Part shown: piece by piece, positions 10,708 to 22,725 of the stretch | Layout of the letters: the number at the start of each line of letters is the position of its first letter | Numbering within the stretch: the stretch's first letter is position 1 | DNA from: a virus | Lineage: Duplodnaviria > Caudoviricetes | Strand: one strand, 5' to 3' | IMG/VR virus record: IMGVR_UViG_3300031555_003626 | Location: 96,001-160,000 of that record | DNA: 64,000 nucleotides | Program-made: the position numbers and the translations under genes | The notes under the pieces: model-generated | Seen by the model: the letters and a program-made list of their open reading frames with translations, nothing else | Told to the model about the DNA's origin: nothing | The model's database searches: none

Positions 10708-11178
10708 ATGAGCATCATTCAGTATAAGTACAACGTAGGAGACTACATAAGATTCAAAAGTAAGTTCACTAATCCTACTTGCGGACTTGCGTGGAGAGCA
10801 GGGACTGTTGCAAAGATTACAGGTATTGCTAAAGCTTATAACAACAAACCGCATTATTATGTAAATGATATGGAGGACGAAGTATTTCCTGAGTCTGTTT
10901 TTGCAGGACTCGCCACGGAGTCAGAATTTCGCGCACAGCTTGCTTTGGATACTGAGGCGGATACTTTACAGGGCCCCGAGACAAAATGCGATACAGAGAG
11001 TTCTGGAGAGTCTGAGTTTGAGGTTCTTCCTCTTGAGGAAGCAAAGTGGTACAGAATTTCTTTCTCTGCTAAGCTTACCCCTGATGACCTGAGAGCAATG
11101 AAGAAATGTTTCTTCGATGCTATGAACGAAAGTATGGAAATCTACGATCTCGCAAATCTTGAAATCGAGGAGGCTTAA
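10708..11178 (+). CDS. hypothetical protein; C-terminus shared with 13271-13519
   Basis: YRISFSAKLT...FFDAM...LEIEE versus YEIRFKAKGLT...LFDAI...FEIEE. Confidence 0.7.
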   Translation: MSIIQYKYNVGDYIRFKSKFTNPTCGLAWRAGTVAKITGIAKAYNNKPHYYVNDMEDEVFPESVFAGLATESEFRAQLALDTEADTLQGPETKCDTESSGESEFEVLPLEEAKWYRISFSAKLTPDDLRAMKKCFFDAMNESMEIYDLANLEIEEA

Positions 11179-11179
11179 G

Positions 11180-13519
11180 ATGATAGTACATAACGAATAC
11201 CTTGGATGGCAGATTGAGTGGGCTCAGAATATGCAGGACACTCTTTACGGACTTTCTCAGGACGAAGATCTTTGGGATAAGTTCAGAGAGTTTATTCAGG
11301 AGATGTATCCGAATGTAGACACTTTTCACACTGACTGCGTAACGTTTCAGTATGGTTTCTCTTCTCTTGAGGAAGCTCGTATCTTTGAGAAAGAGATGAA
11401 AAAGCGCATTACCCACTGGATTAACGCTTATACCTAAGGAGATCTGAGATGAGCTTTAAGTTTAAGAAAGGTACTCAGGTGCAGATTAAGTTCACCGATA
11501 TGTTCTCTTCTTTCTTCGGAGGCGGAGGTTTTGGTAACACTTCTTCTGCTATCGGCGGAAAGATTACAGACTTAAGAGAGCACAACGGAGTTGCTCAATA
11601 CAAAGTTTCCGGCTTCACTGGCTGGTGGAACGAAGAATGTCTTCAGGAGGCAAAAGCGTGAAAACTAAAGGAAATTGGGTAATTAAAACTTCTGCCGGCG
11701 GATACTGGTGTGGTAATTCCTACTTTGACCCGCAACTCAGAAAAGCTCAGGTCTATCACTGGAAAGAAAAAGCAGAAGAGCAGATCGAAGTAATCAAGAA
11801 GAAAAAGTACTTCGCCCCTGATATGGAATACGAGATTGTAGCAATTTCAGAACCTAAGGAATTTAAGGATACTGAAGCTGAGTGGCTTGTGGATTTTCCA
11901 GAGGACCTTGAAGCACATCCCTACTGTTCTAACTGTAAATATTCTGCTCTCAATAACTACCGCAGACTTCCTGTCAAATCTAAGTTCTGCCCACACTGTG
12001 GAAAGTATATGACTAATCATAATCAACCGGAGGATTAAAGAAATGATGACTGCAAAAGAAGCGAGAGCCGCAACTAACGACAGACTTGTTGTTATGGCTA
12101 AAGAATTTATTATTAACAATACAGGAATCCCAATTCAGGACGCGATCAATAACGGACATTTCCATACTACAGTAAGTTTCGAGGGAGTTCCCAGCCCGGA
12201 AAAGACTGGGGCTGAAGTAGTAAGACAGCTTAAGGAGCAGGGCTTCGAAGCAGAGCATGTCTACTACGACGGACCTAACGGTTACGATAACTACATTCTT
12301 ATTAAATGGGGAGATGACTAATGAAGAAGAAAGTAACGATGACCTGTATCCTGAAATCAGGAGTAAAGGTAGAAGATTCTATCAAGTTCAATAGCAAGGA
12401 TACTAGAGTATTCAAAGCTATCGAGTCGATGCGAAAGGACGTTGAGAACTATATGTCCAGTCATACTGCTGACAAAGGCCAACTTACTTTCGGCACAACT
12501 ACTATCTCAGTCTCTGAGATTGCGGCAATTACATTTAAGTGAGGTAAAAGTTATGGTAAGTTATTGGAAAACTCAGTGGTTCAGAGTAATCTTTGGTACG
12601 GTAAGTATTGTACTTTTTATCATCTTTCTTTTTCAGCCGGGAGCAGATGAAAGCACTCTTGAAGGGCTGAGAGAAAATCTTAATAACTGCTTTGCTGCTC
12701 TCTGTTGGTTTATTAACTCAATGATCTGGTTTGTTGCTTCTATCATTGAATATAACTGCGACAGGATTGAGCTGCTCGAGAAGAAGCAGGAGAGGGATGA
12801 CACAATGTACGAACTCGTGCAGGAACTTGTAGCCGCAAATAAGATCGACCGCGAGGTCATGAAGAAGTATGAAGAAAGACTTAAGAAGCTGGAGGACAGA
12901 TTAAGATGAATAGATACGTAGTTTTCGCAGGTGAAGTAAAAGGACAACTGAAACTTAAAATGCTTCTGCCGAAAGAAGAAGCTCTCGCTTATGCTAAGGA
13001 GCTTGAGTCAGTACATACCTACGTTGCTGTCTGCCACTTGGGTAATCAGGATATGGCGGATACTATCTATGCTAACTTCGAACTGGAGGGTTAAGATGGA
13101 ATATATCGGAACAGCTAGAAATGTAAGAGAACTACAGGAGCTTCTGAATAAGACCGATCCTTCTGCTACTATCACTATGGCAGCTGTACCGGAACCTTGG
13201 TGCTATATTGAAGTTTACTACGATAGAGAAATTAACGATGTAATAATTAAATAAGAGAGGTAAAACAAAAATGACAGATTTCGAAAAGCGTATTCCTGAA
13301 GATGAGACTATGATTGAGGAGTGGCCAGAACCCGATTACGAAGAAGACGATTATGAAGAAGAGGAAGAAGAACTTCTGGATTATGAAATAAGATTCAAAG
13401 CAAAAGGTCTTACCGCAGAAGAAGCTCGCACTCTGAGTCGTTATCTCTTTGATGCTATTGAGAAAGAACTTGAGATTCCATATTCTAAGCTTGAAGATTT
13501 CGAGATTGAAGAAGATTAA
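11180..13519 (+). other. operon of small hypothetical CDSs
   Basis: 11180-11437, 11449-11661, 11658-12038 (C-terminal zinc ribbon), 12043-12321, 12321-12542, 12553-12909 (2 TM), 12906-13094, 13096-13254, 13271-13519. Confidence 0.75.
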
Positions 13520-13527
13520 AAACAAAT

Positions 13528-13557
13528 GCCGACCATTCTTTTTAATGGTCGGTTTTT
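13528..13557 (+). terminator. intrinsic terminator
   Basis: CCGACCATT/AATGGTCGG plus T5. Confidence 0.85.
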
Positions 13558-14910
13558 ATTTACAATTTGTTCACAAAAATAACTAATTTTAGAAATATTT
13601 GTATGATATAATATAAATATAAATAAAGTTAAGGAGATTAAATAAAAGATGCCAGACCTTAAAGACTTTAAAGAATGCCCGATAGGTGAATACGTAAGAA
13701 TAATAACATTAAAAGATAAACCCTTGGAAGCTCTTACTGACCAGGAACTTTGGGTACTCTATACTAAAGCTCTTGATGATTCTACTTCTGACGTTGCTAA
13801 AAAGCTTGGGCTTCAGAGTAGAGCTGCTGAGAGAGCTACCGAGTATGAGGGTGAGCTTGTTAATAGAGGGATTTTTAAAACATCTCAGGTATCTATTTTT
13901 GAAGGAGACAACTAATATGATTATCTTTTCGGACATTACTTGTAGAGCAAACACCACTACATTCGTTTCGAGAGGTCTCGTGAGCGGATCACCTGTCTGC
14001 TACGCTGACCTTATCGACTGGACTATCTTTCAGGACTTTCTTAAGGAATGCAAACCTGAGTCTAAGCTTACTATAGAAGTAAAGACCTACGGCTATGGAG
14101 AAGACGACGGATACGGTAAGTTCGATACAACCCCGGAAGAAGTCGCTTACATGCTTATGAGAGTACAGAGAAACGAGAGGTTCTGCGAAACCCGCTGTGA
14201 GAAACTCAGGCAGCATAAGATAGACATTGACCTGAGCGCATTTAGAAAAGCAGACCGCGTTCTTTCTCACATTGTATATAACGACTAAGTAATTAAATAA
14301 ATCTCGTGTGCTTTTCCTGTATCTATTCGTGGTGAAATATGTTATAATATAGTTATAAAAGTAAAACTAAGGAGGATACAGAAAATGACATTTGAAGAAA
14401 AAGTTGCTATGTGGTCTGAGAAGAAGAGATTTATTGAAGCCCTTGACCAGGTATTCCAGATGAAGCCTGCCGGCTCTTTGATTGAGAAGATAGAGTATGA
14501 AGTCTATCAGAAAGAAATCGGCGATACAATGAGATTCAAGGAGTGGTTAATCCTTCACTTCGAGGGTGGAGCAATGCTGGCTACTCAGTCAACAGGGTGC
14601 AGTAATATAGCTAACCTTAGAACTATCGCTTCTTATCTTGATGGTGGATACTACGAGGAAGTGAGAATTTATAGAGCACAGGTAGAACTCGGTTGGGAAC
14701 CTGTGGAGCTAGAGAGCTGATGAACGGCGAAGTGAGATTTCATACTCTGCGGTGGATCCGGGTTAATTCCGGGTCTATCTCAGGGTGTGAAGTAGAAGAG
14801 TTTATTGATACCACCAGAAACTATTTTAAAACTGTTTGGGCTGATGGTTATACCGAAATCACGAAGCTTCATACAATATGCACAGGACAGGCAATAAAAG
14901 AACCGAAAAC

Positions 14911-14956
14911 TTCGTCTAATTTGTCAGTTTACAAATCACCGAAAATATGTTATAAT
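14911..14956 (+). promoter_or_regulatory. class Ia promoter
   Basis: TTTACA 14928-14933, 17 bp, TATAAT 14951-14956. Confidence 0.8.
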
Positions 14957-16086
14957 ATAAGTGTAAGAAAAACAAAGGAGACCGCCCTATGAACAATACT
15001 GAAAAGTATCCTATTAAAGAAGAGTGGGAAGCTTACTATAATGTATTAGAAGCAATCCGCAAAAGCGGTATTACTAATATGTTCGGTGCTTCACCTTATC
15101 TGAAAGAGTTCTGCCCTGAGCTTTCCAGAAAAGAAGCAGATGAAATACTCTGCAACTGGATTCATAATTACAAAGCTTTAAACGAAAAGTATCACTGGCA
15201 ATAAATTTACAAAAGTTAAAAAGGAGTTACATAATACAAATGACTAACAAGACTACTATTAAAAATCTCGCTGAATGGATCGAGCAGCTTAAGGAACTCG
15301 CTAAAGGAGATAGCGACATTCTCATCTCATGGTTTAAGGGAACAAAGGATTCACCTTTCTCTATTATCGGCGGCTGGATGGAAGGCTTCTCAGAAAGCTG
15401 GGATGATCTTCTTTGTGTAAGTAAGACTAATCCAAAGTATGCGATGTGTGTTAAGATCGCCATGAACGAAGGACCTTACGCTTACACCGACTTTGAGATG
15501 ATGAACATGCCCTTCGACGAGGAAGGAAACGTAGATGATACCTGTGTCGCTCTCGAGTGGGAAGACGATGCGGAAGAGCTTGCTACTTGGCTTCTCGGCG
15601 AATGGGAAAGAATTACTAAAGAACATTCGGAGGATTAACATGAACTACTACGTACTTAAGAACCCGGATACAGGACTCTACTTCAGAGGTAAAGGAGTTA
15701 ATCGCTGGGGACCTTACTTTAATCAGGCTTCTATTTACAGAGTCAAAGGAACTGCAGAAAGTTCTTGTCGAGAGATTAATGAGCGTAAGAGACCCGGAGA
15801 AAGAGCAGTAGTTGTTCCGATCCAAATAATCGAGCTCGACGGTGAAACTAATTAATACAGTATCGTATAATAAAATAGAAAATACAAAAGGAGAATAACT
15901 TATGGGAGCAACTAAAACTTTTAAGGTAGTCTATTATGATAATAATGTAAAGTCCGGTGATAAGCGTAGATCGATGATTGTAGAAGCCTACGATAGAAAT
16001 GACGCTATCTACCGATTTCAGCAAGACTTTGGCAACAGTGTAGTTGTAAGAGATTGTACAGAGCTGCGCTAAGCTACTCGTTAATA

Positions 16087-16118
16087 ATAAGGGAGCTTCG
16101 GTTCCCTTATTTTTTTTT
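16087..16118 (+). terminator. intrinsic terminator
   Basis: GGGAGC-TTCG-GTTCCC plus T run. Confidence 0.9.
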
Positions 16119-17070
16119 ATATTTTTTTAAAAGTTCGTAATTTTGTAGCACATTTTGTTTTATTATATGGTATAATGTGGTAAAGAAGGAGGTGCTTTAA
16201 ATGTTACTTATTAAATTTAAGTACAGAGACCAGTATTCAAAAGACGGTAAGTGGTCTGAGCAACAGTGTATCTGTAGCTCGCTAGAAGAGTGTAAGAAGT
16301 TCTACGGTCTCGACATTGATCCAGACTGCGAGTACGAAATCATTTCTATTGAAGAAATCGAGTAGCTCATTAAAGAGGAGGAAGCACCTATGAAGAAGCT
16401 TAGCGAAACTAATTTTATTTCATGTAATAACAACTGCACTCTTTACCAGACACCACTCACGAGTGTTAGCTCAGATAAGATGATCCTGCAGTATGTATGC
16501 TCGGAGCAGGCGGGAAGAATAGTGTTTCATCGAAAGTTAAGATTGTATCGTAATGAAAGTGGCGGCTTCTATGTCATCGCACGTAATAATAGATGCTACG
16601 TGACTGACTTGATGCATAAATGGTTTTACAAATAATTCCAAGGAGGAAAATTAACATGAGCCAGAAAGAAATTGCAATTCAATGTTTAAAGAAGCTAGAC
16701 ATCTACAGACCGTACATAAAGAAATTCGAGAGGGAAGATATACCGATGTTCTTCGAAAGATTCGCGGGGTATTATCTGTTTAATGACCTGGTACTACAGG
16801 ATAAGGTAAAGAAAGTGCAGGAAGCTAATGATGTCTTAGTCTATGCTATTACTCATGAGTGGTTAGAGTTCGGGGAGTGCTGGTCCATGTTATGCGTAAC
16901 TAAGAATACTCAGAGTGTTGATGAGTGTATCATGGATACCTTGCACCCGGATACTTTCTACGTTAACTCTTACGTTTGGAACTTAGACAATGAGCACTTC
17001 TCAGAGTTCGGCGACGTAGTGATAAATACTTCCGGCGGACGTATCAGACGATTGGGTTAATAATTTAAAA

Positions 17071-17106
17071 GAGCACCTGTGGTTATCTCATGGGTGCTTT
17101 TTCTTT
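17071..17106 (+). terminator. intrinsic terminator
   Basis: GAGCACCTGTG/CATGGGTGCTT plus T run. Confidence 0.8.
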
Positions 17107-17426
17107 ACCTATAAAAATATTTATTTAGCCGGCTACATTTATTTGGTTAATACTGTATAATATAATGGTAGAAAAAGACATCCTCGAGAGGGAGCTATAT
17201 AAAATATAAAAGGAAGGAAGAATGATTATGGAAAAGAAAATGTATACTTATAAGGTACGAGTAAATGGCTCTGAGCCCTTGCATAAGACTATTGTAGTGC
17301 ATGCAGATTCCGATAAGGTAGCTGAAGGTCTGGCACTTGCAAAGATTACTAGAGAGTGGTCTTCTATGTATTCTCCCGGTAAGGATACTATTCAGCTTGA
17401 GCTGGTAAGTATGGTTTAAACATAAT

Positions 17427-17488
17427 TGTGAACAAATTGTAAACAATCACCAAAAGGGGTTTACAAATGAATCAAAACATGTTATAAT
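17427..17488 (+). promoter_or_regulatory. sigma-A promoter with upstream TGTGAA-N5-TGTAAA box
   Basis: TTTACA 17460-17465, 17 bp, TATAAT 17483-17488; same layout at 24480-24541. Confidence 0.75.
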
Positions 17489-18072
17489 ATAATTATAAAA
17501 CAAATACATAATTAATAAGGAGATATTAAAATGGCAATTAAAAAGGTTAGAAAGTATGTTGTGGTTACAGACGATGGTCCTGGTTATGAAAATGAGTTCT
17601 TGACTTACTCCTCCCGCCACAGCTATTATACCACTACCCCGAACTTCGAAAGTCTGACTAGGTTTGATACTTATGATACAGTTGAGGAAGCAGAGGATAG
17701 ATGTAATGATGCTGACTCTGGTACCTTAGGCGGTTGGCCTTATCCTTTTAGGATTATGGAAATCACAGGTGTCTATACAGGTGAGGGTGCTCCTGAAATG
17801 AAACTTGTTAAGACCATTAACGAATAAGTGAAAGGAGAAACCTAATATGTTTTATTACACAGTAGAATCCAGCCACTGGCCGATGAACCTTGAGTTCAAA
17901 TCTAAGATAGAGATGAAGGAAGGACAGTGCTTCAGAATCCTTTCTCACGACGGCTTCCGTCAGTATCCTACTAGATTCAAGGTACTCACTGTATCCGAGA
18001 ATCCTAGCTACTCTGGAAATATTGTTGAGATTCTGGATGCTGACCTCAATGTCGAAAGCTTCTAATGAATAA

Positions 18073-18108
18073 AAAGAACTGTATCGATAGACGGTATGGT
18101 TCTTTTTT
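18073..18108 (+). terminator. intrinsic terminator
   Basis: AGAACTGTATCG/CGGTATGGTTCT plus T run. Confidence 0.75.
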
Positions 18109-18261
18109 ATTTACAATTTATTAACGGTTTATTAGCACATTTTGTCGGATTTTGTGATATAATATATAATGTAAGGAGCACTGGTAAAAACTGATAACAA
18201 AAAGTAAAAATTATAAATTACATATTGTATAATATAATGTAAGATAATTTGGAGGTTACAC

Positions 18262-20652
18262 ATGATAAAGTCTGTATTTGAGATTAATGACTATAGAGAG
18301 GCAAGTAAGTTTCTGCAGGAAAAATATGATGCTCTCGGATACACAAGAGAAGACTATTTTAGAATCACTGAAGACGGCGAGCTTCGTATTTCTGATAAGA
18401 CTGGAAAGCCTACGAAGAATAACAAGGTTGGTCATGGAGCTGACGGTCTTCAGTATCATCACATCTGTGAAGATATAGTTCCTTCTCTTTCTAATCCTGA
18501 TATTGCAGTCACTGCTTCTGCAGAGTATCAGAAAGCAGAGAACATGTGCTATGGTAATCTTCTCGAGCATGCTTGGGAACATCTTCTGATTGCAGAGCAG
18601 AATGTTGATGTAGCAGACAATGATCAAGAAGACCTTACTGGTCCTGGTGGAGTACAGTGGATGCTTCTTGCTATTAACTCTATCATGTGTAATGCTGATA
18701 CTTCTTGGTACAGCAGCAAGAACGAAGATGGTAAGGGTTGTAACTACAACTATAATAATGTAATCACTGATAACCGAGATGCTTGGTTGAAGGTAGTAAA
18801 TCGTTTCTGCACTTCTGCATTTATCAGACAGCGACTCGACAAGACACCTGAAGAACTTCTTGAGATGATTTGTATTCTTCCTAAGAAAGACGGTGCTGAA
18901 GGCGGTCGTCTTGCAGTATACGAAGAGCTTAAGTCCGCAGCTTTGAATACAAAGCTCTTCGATTATAATGTCGGTGCTTTCGCAGATCTCATTACTTACT
19001 TCAGAACTAATCAGTCTGCTTTGGTTTATATCTGTACAGGCGGAGGAAAGACTACTACAGCTCTTGAGTATCTTAGACTCGTGGGTGGTAAAGCTCTGGT
19101 TCTCGGTCCTGGCGATACTATCAAAACGGGTTGGGAAGATGCTCGTAACTGGACAGACCTTGGAGCAAATGCAGATATTCTTAATTACCAGACTTTTATG
19201 AATGACTACAGACTCAGAGACCTTTCGCAGTACAGTGTAATCATCTGTGACGAAGCTCATCATCTTGATGCAGAGAGATGGGGAGAGGGAGTTGTTCATG
19301 CTCTGAAAGAAACTAATATTAAGATCATCGGTCTTACTGCTACTCCTACTTCAAAACAGTTTGACGGAACCGACTCTATCTTCGGCGGTCGAATTTGCTA
19401 CGGTTTGAATCTGGCAGATGGAATTCAGAATGGAAATATTCACCCCTTCGGTTACATCCAGTCTATCTACAGAATGGAAGATGTTAAAGATGACTTTGCT
19501 AAACACGGTGCGGCAGGAATGCTTCTGTGGGAGAGACTTAATCTTCAGGCAAACGAGAATCCGATCGAGAACATTCTTAGAAAGCATATGCCGAATAACC
19601 GTCGTAAGATTATTGTCTTTGTAAGTAACAAAGACGAGATACCTTTTGCTGAAGCTATCATGAAGAAGTATGATCCGAAGTTTGCTTCTTCTGACTACAT
19701 GCGAACCCTGACCTGCAAACTTGCAGACGATGTAAAGGCAGATACTAAAAGATGGTTCGATGATAAAGCCCCTAACGAGAATAGTGACGAGAGGGATTAC
19801 AGTAAAGATACTCATAGTAAGTGTTTGATTACTGTAGCTATGGTAAATGAGGGTGCTCACTACAATGGAATCAATACTCTCATCATGTTCCGTAAAACAA
19901 ATTCTACTCGTCTGTATCTTCAGCAGCTCGGCAGAATAGTTGTTAAGTCTGATAGACCTAATCCCGAAGGTATTGTTTTCGACTTTACCAACAATGCAGA
20001 GAACCTTATCTATAACAGTGACTACAGTACTTACGAAGGTGCAAAGCCTTCGAAGGAACACAGCGAGACCATCAAGAGAATTAAGAAGGCACTTTCTGGT
20101 AAGGAAGTAATCTATCAGGATTATACTGAAGACTGTGTTGCTACTCTTCATGCTCTGAACGAAGCTCGTGACAAAGACAGACAGGCACAGAGAATCTATC
20201 AGATCTTTGAGGATACTGCTACTGAGCTTACTGCTGATGTTCCTAATCTCGAAGACTGGTTCAGTGTCGATCTCTGGGCAGACCTTAAGACTTCCAAGAA
20301 AGCTAACAAGAGTGAAAGACCTACTAAAGCAGGAAGAGCTATGAGTGCTGCAGCGAAGAAGACTATTGATGACATTACTTCCGCGATCGGTACTGAGAAG
20401 TCTACAAAGAAAACTGCCGAGGCAACTATGGTAGAAAGACTTGCCCATGCTTTCCGACTCGGTCTGAGAAGAGCTTTCCAGTGTGAGAGCATTTCATTTG
20501 CAGACGATACTGCTTGTACTTTTAGTATTACAGATAGAGTCTGCTTCGATACGATTTGGGCAGAACTCGGATTTAAGGATATAGTCCTGGTTGAGACTAT
20601 GATTAATAAGTTTGGAAACACTCAGACTTTTCTTCTTGCGACCAGCCTTTAA
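18262..20652 (+). CDS. HNH-like nuclease fused to SF2 (DEAH, restriction-type) helicase
   Basis: CTGGGKT, DEAHH, GLTATP, NEG, LQQLGR; N-terminal QYHHICED...NMCYGNLLEHAWEH. Confidence 0.85.
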   Translation: MIKSVFEINDYREASKFLQEKYDALGYTREDYFRITEDGELRISDKTGKPTKNNKVGHGADGLQYHHICEDIVPSLSNPDIAVTASAEYQKAENMCYGNLLEHAWEHLLIAEQNVDVADNDQEDLTGPGGVQWMLLAINSIMCNADTSWYSSKNEDGKGCNYNYNNVITDNRDAWLKVVNRFCTSAFIRQRLDKTPEELLEMICILPKKDGAEGGRLAVYEELKSAALNTKLFDYNVGAFADLITYFRTNQSALVYICTGGGKTTTALEYLRLVGGKALVLGPGDTIKTGWEDARNWTDLGANADILNYQTFMNDYRLRDLSQYSVIICDEAHHLDAERWGEGVVHALKETNIKIIGLTATPTSKQFDGTDSIFGGRICYGLNLADGIQNGNIHPFGYIQSIYRMEDVKDDFAKHGAAGMLLWERLNLQANENPIENILRKHMPNNRRKIIVFVSNKDEIPFAEAIMKKYDPKFASSDYMRTLTCKLADDVKADTKRWFDDKAPNENSDERDYSKDTHSKCLITVAMVNEGAHYNGINTLIMFRKTNSTRLYLQQLGRIVVKSDRPNPEGIVFDFTNNAENLIYNSDYSTYEGAKPSKEHSETIKRIKKALSGKEVIYQDYTEDCVATLHALNEARDKDRQAQRIYQIFEDTATELTADVPNLEDWFSVDLWADLKTSKKANKSERPTKAGRAMSAAAKKTIDDITSAIGTEKSTKKTAEATMVERLAHAFRLGLRRAFQCESISFADDTACTFSITDRVCFDTIWAELGFKDIVLVETMINKFGNTQTFLLATSL

Positions 20653-20693
20653 CAACTGTTCATATCGTATTATATATTAAGGAGGATGAAAAG

Positions 20694-21911
20694 ATGTTGA
20701 CTATTAAGAGCAGATTTACTAATTTCTATAACAGACAGGGTTCCGAGGTAAGTGCTGCAGATCTCGATATTCTTAAGCAGCTCATCAGCCCTGACCTGAT
20801 TAACTTCAGAGGTAACATTTCTTACGGCTTTTCTGAAAGTATTGCTAAAGCAATCGTAGCCAGGATTGCTGTACCTAAGACCGCGAAGATTTGTCTGCAG
20901 AATGATACTTCTTTTCATCTTTACCTTGAGCTTCTTAAAGCCGATTTCGATCCTGCGAACATCTATATCGCCGTGGGTAAGTGGCATGTATCCGGAAAGA
21001 CGGTAGTTCCTAGTAAGACTGATTCTACTTATGCTATTCTCAAAAGACATGCTGCCGCAAGCTTTAACGAAGAAATTAATATCATTGAACTAAAGGAAAT
21101 ATTTAATATGAAGTTTGACCTTATTATTGCCAATCCGCCTTATGGAAAGATTGGTGCTATGATTACAGATAAGATTCGTTCTGATGTTTCTTATGCTCAG
21201 TACATTAACCTGCTTCCTGCAAATGATTACAAGAGAGTAAGTAACCTTCATCAGTATGTAAGAAATATGGAGCCCATCCAGAATGGATTTGCAGATGCTG
21301 CAGTTACCACTCACCTTTGTGAAGTTGTTAAAGATGCTAATGAGATGACTGTGGAAGAATTTGAGATCTCCCAGTATATTGACCAGCAGCTTGACCGGTA
21401 TTTTAAAACTTTGCTGGCTAAACGACACTACGCGATTGATAGCGCTTTGTACAAACCGTCTTTCAAAGCTTTTGAAGATGTCGGTGTTTGTAAGTCTATA
21501 TATATCGGTAAACGTGATGCAGCTCATGGACACTTACCTTATGACAAAAATAGTCTTATTACAAGATATAATACTAATAGTATTACAGGCGAAGATGTAA
21601 TCGAGCAGTCTGCAAAGAGCGAGCAGCAGTTTGGTAGAGTTGGTGACTTTTATCTAGTATGCTTTGCTTCTGAAATCGAAAAAACTAATTGTGCAAACTT
21701 CTTATACTCTGCAAATGGTTTTAGATTTATTTCTAAGGTCTTTGTAGCGCTCAATATTGACAGTAGCATCCCAGTTAACAAGTGGTTCCCGAAAGTAGAC
21801 TGGACTCGCGCTTGGACCGTAGAAGAAATCCTTGCTGACTATGGTTACACTGAAACTGAGATAGCTGACGTTATGGCTGATCTTGAAAACTTTAAGGATA
21901 TGGAGAGATAA
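20694..21911 (+). CDS. adenine methyltransferase/specificity subunit (Eco57I-like), motif I degenerate
   Basis: FDLIIANPPY; C-terminal FPKVDWTRAWTVEEILADYGYTETEI; no clear FxGxG motif. Confidence 0.7.
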   Translation: MLTIKSRFTNFYNRQGSEVSAADLDILKQLISPDLINFRGNISYGFSESIAKAIVARIAVPKTAKICLQNDTSFHLYLELLKADFDPANIYIAVGKWHVSGKTVVPSKTDSTYAILKRHAAASFNEEINIIELKEIFNMKFDLIIANPPYGKIGAMITDKIRSDVSYAQYINLLPANDYKRVSNLHQYVRNMEPIQNGFADAAVTTHLCEVVKDANEMTVEEFEISQYIDQQLDRYFKTLLAKRHYAIDSALYKPSFKAFEDVGVCKSIYIGKRDAAHGHLPYDKNSLITRYNTNSITGEDVIEQSAKSEQQFGRVGDFYLVCFASEIEKTNCANFLYSANGFRFISKVFVALNIDSSIPVNKWFPKVDWTRAWTVEEILADYGYTETEIADVMADLENFKDMER

Positions 21912-21912
21912 T

Positions 21913-22251
21913 ATGAAAGTAAAGTTTAATACAGAAGTAGTTTGTTTAAATGTAAATTTAGCTATTGCTATTGGTACAAACAGTCGTCCAACCCCACCGA
22001 TAAAAGATGGAGAGCTTACATATTTTGAAGGAGCAGATCCATATGTGTTGTCGAAAGAACTATTTGTAAAAGGTTTAAAAAATCAAGTATTGGAAATTTC
22101 TTCCTATACCTACAATCCTATAGAGCATAATCTAAAGTTTACTTTACACCATAAATTTATACAGAATCAAATTTGTACAGATGAAATCGATATAACTACT
22201 TATGAAGTAGAAAATATATTTGAGCATGATTTTGAAATTATTGAGGTTTAA
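21913..22251 (+). CDS. hypothetical AT-rich gene between the MTase genes
   Basis: ATG 21913 after GGAGAG. Confidence 0.6.
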   Translation: MKVKFNTEVVCLNVNLAIAIGTNSRPTPPIKDGELTYFEGADPYVLSKELFVKGLKNQVLEISSYTYNPIEHNLKFTLHHKFIQNQICTDEIDITTYEVENIFEHDFEIIEV

Positions 22252-22253
22252 GA

Positions 22254-22712
22254 ATGATTCTATCAAAAGAAGTAAGGCAGAAGATAACTGCAGAGTTTGA
22301 AAGCTTTAAAAAAGAAATGTATGCAGGAAGAACTCAGGAAGAAAGAGATAAGCTTGGACAGTTCTTTACCCCAGCAGCCCTGAGTATCCAGATGATAGAA
22401 AGATTCGAAGTCGATTCTTTAGCAGGTCAGAAGATACTTGATCCTACTGCGGGTTCAGGAAACTTGCTGGCAGCATGTTTAATTGCTGGGGCAGACTCTA
22501 ATAAAGTATTCGGTAATGAGCTAGACAAAACTATGCTGAATGCTTGCCGAAGAAGATTAAACAAGATCTGTAGAGAACTTGGGAAACCTGAGATTCCTTA
22601 TCATCACTTGCATCAAGGAGATGCTACCGATCCAAGATGTCTTACTGTATTTAGTTCGGCTTATGATTGGAAGAAGCCTGAGCCCGGTGATTTATTTAGT
22701 TCATTTTTCTAA
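22254..22712 (+). CDS. N6-MTase SAM-binding half
   Basis: LGQFFTP, ILDPTAGSGNLL, FGNELD, QGDA; ends without NPPY. Confidence 0.8.
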   Translation: MILSKEVRQKITAEFESFKKEMYAGRTQEERDKLGQFFTPAALSIQMIERFEVDSLAGQKILDPTAGSGNLLAACLIAGADSNKVFGNELDKTMLNACRRRLNKICRELGKPEIPYHHLHQGDATDPRCLTVFSSAYDWKKPEPGDLFSSFF

Positions 22713-22725
22713 GGAGATAAAGTAG

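Larger units (their letters stand above)
13649..18065 (+). other. early cassettes of small hypothetical CDSs
   Basis: 13649-13915, 13917-14288, 14385-14720, 14989-15204, 15240-15638, 15640-15855, 15902-16072, 16201-16365, 16390-16635, 16656-17060, 17222-17419, 17531-17827, 17847-18065. Confidence 0.75.

Noticed and set aside
16363-16392. TAG in frame with the next ORF, suggesting stop-codon recoding
   Set aside because: The downstream gene has its own GAGGAGG RBS, long genes are not fragmented by TAG, and TAG 59483 also needs a frameshift. The standard code fits.
17426-17446. Rex operator (TTGTGAA-N4-TTCACAA)
   Set aside because: Half-site spacing is N7; the pattern fits 11-bp direct repeats better.
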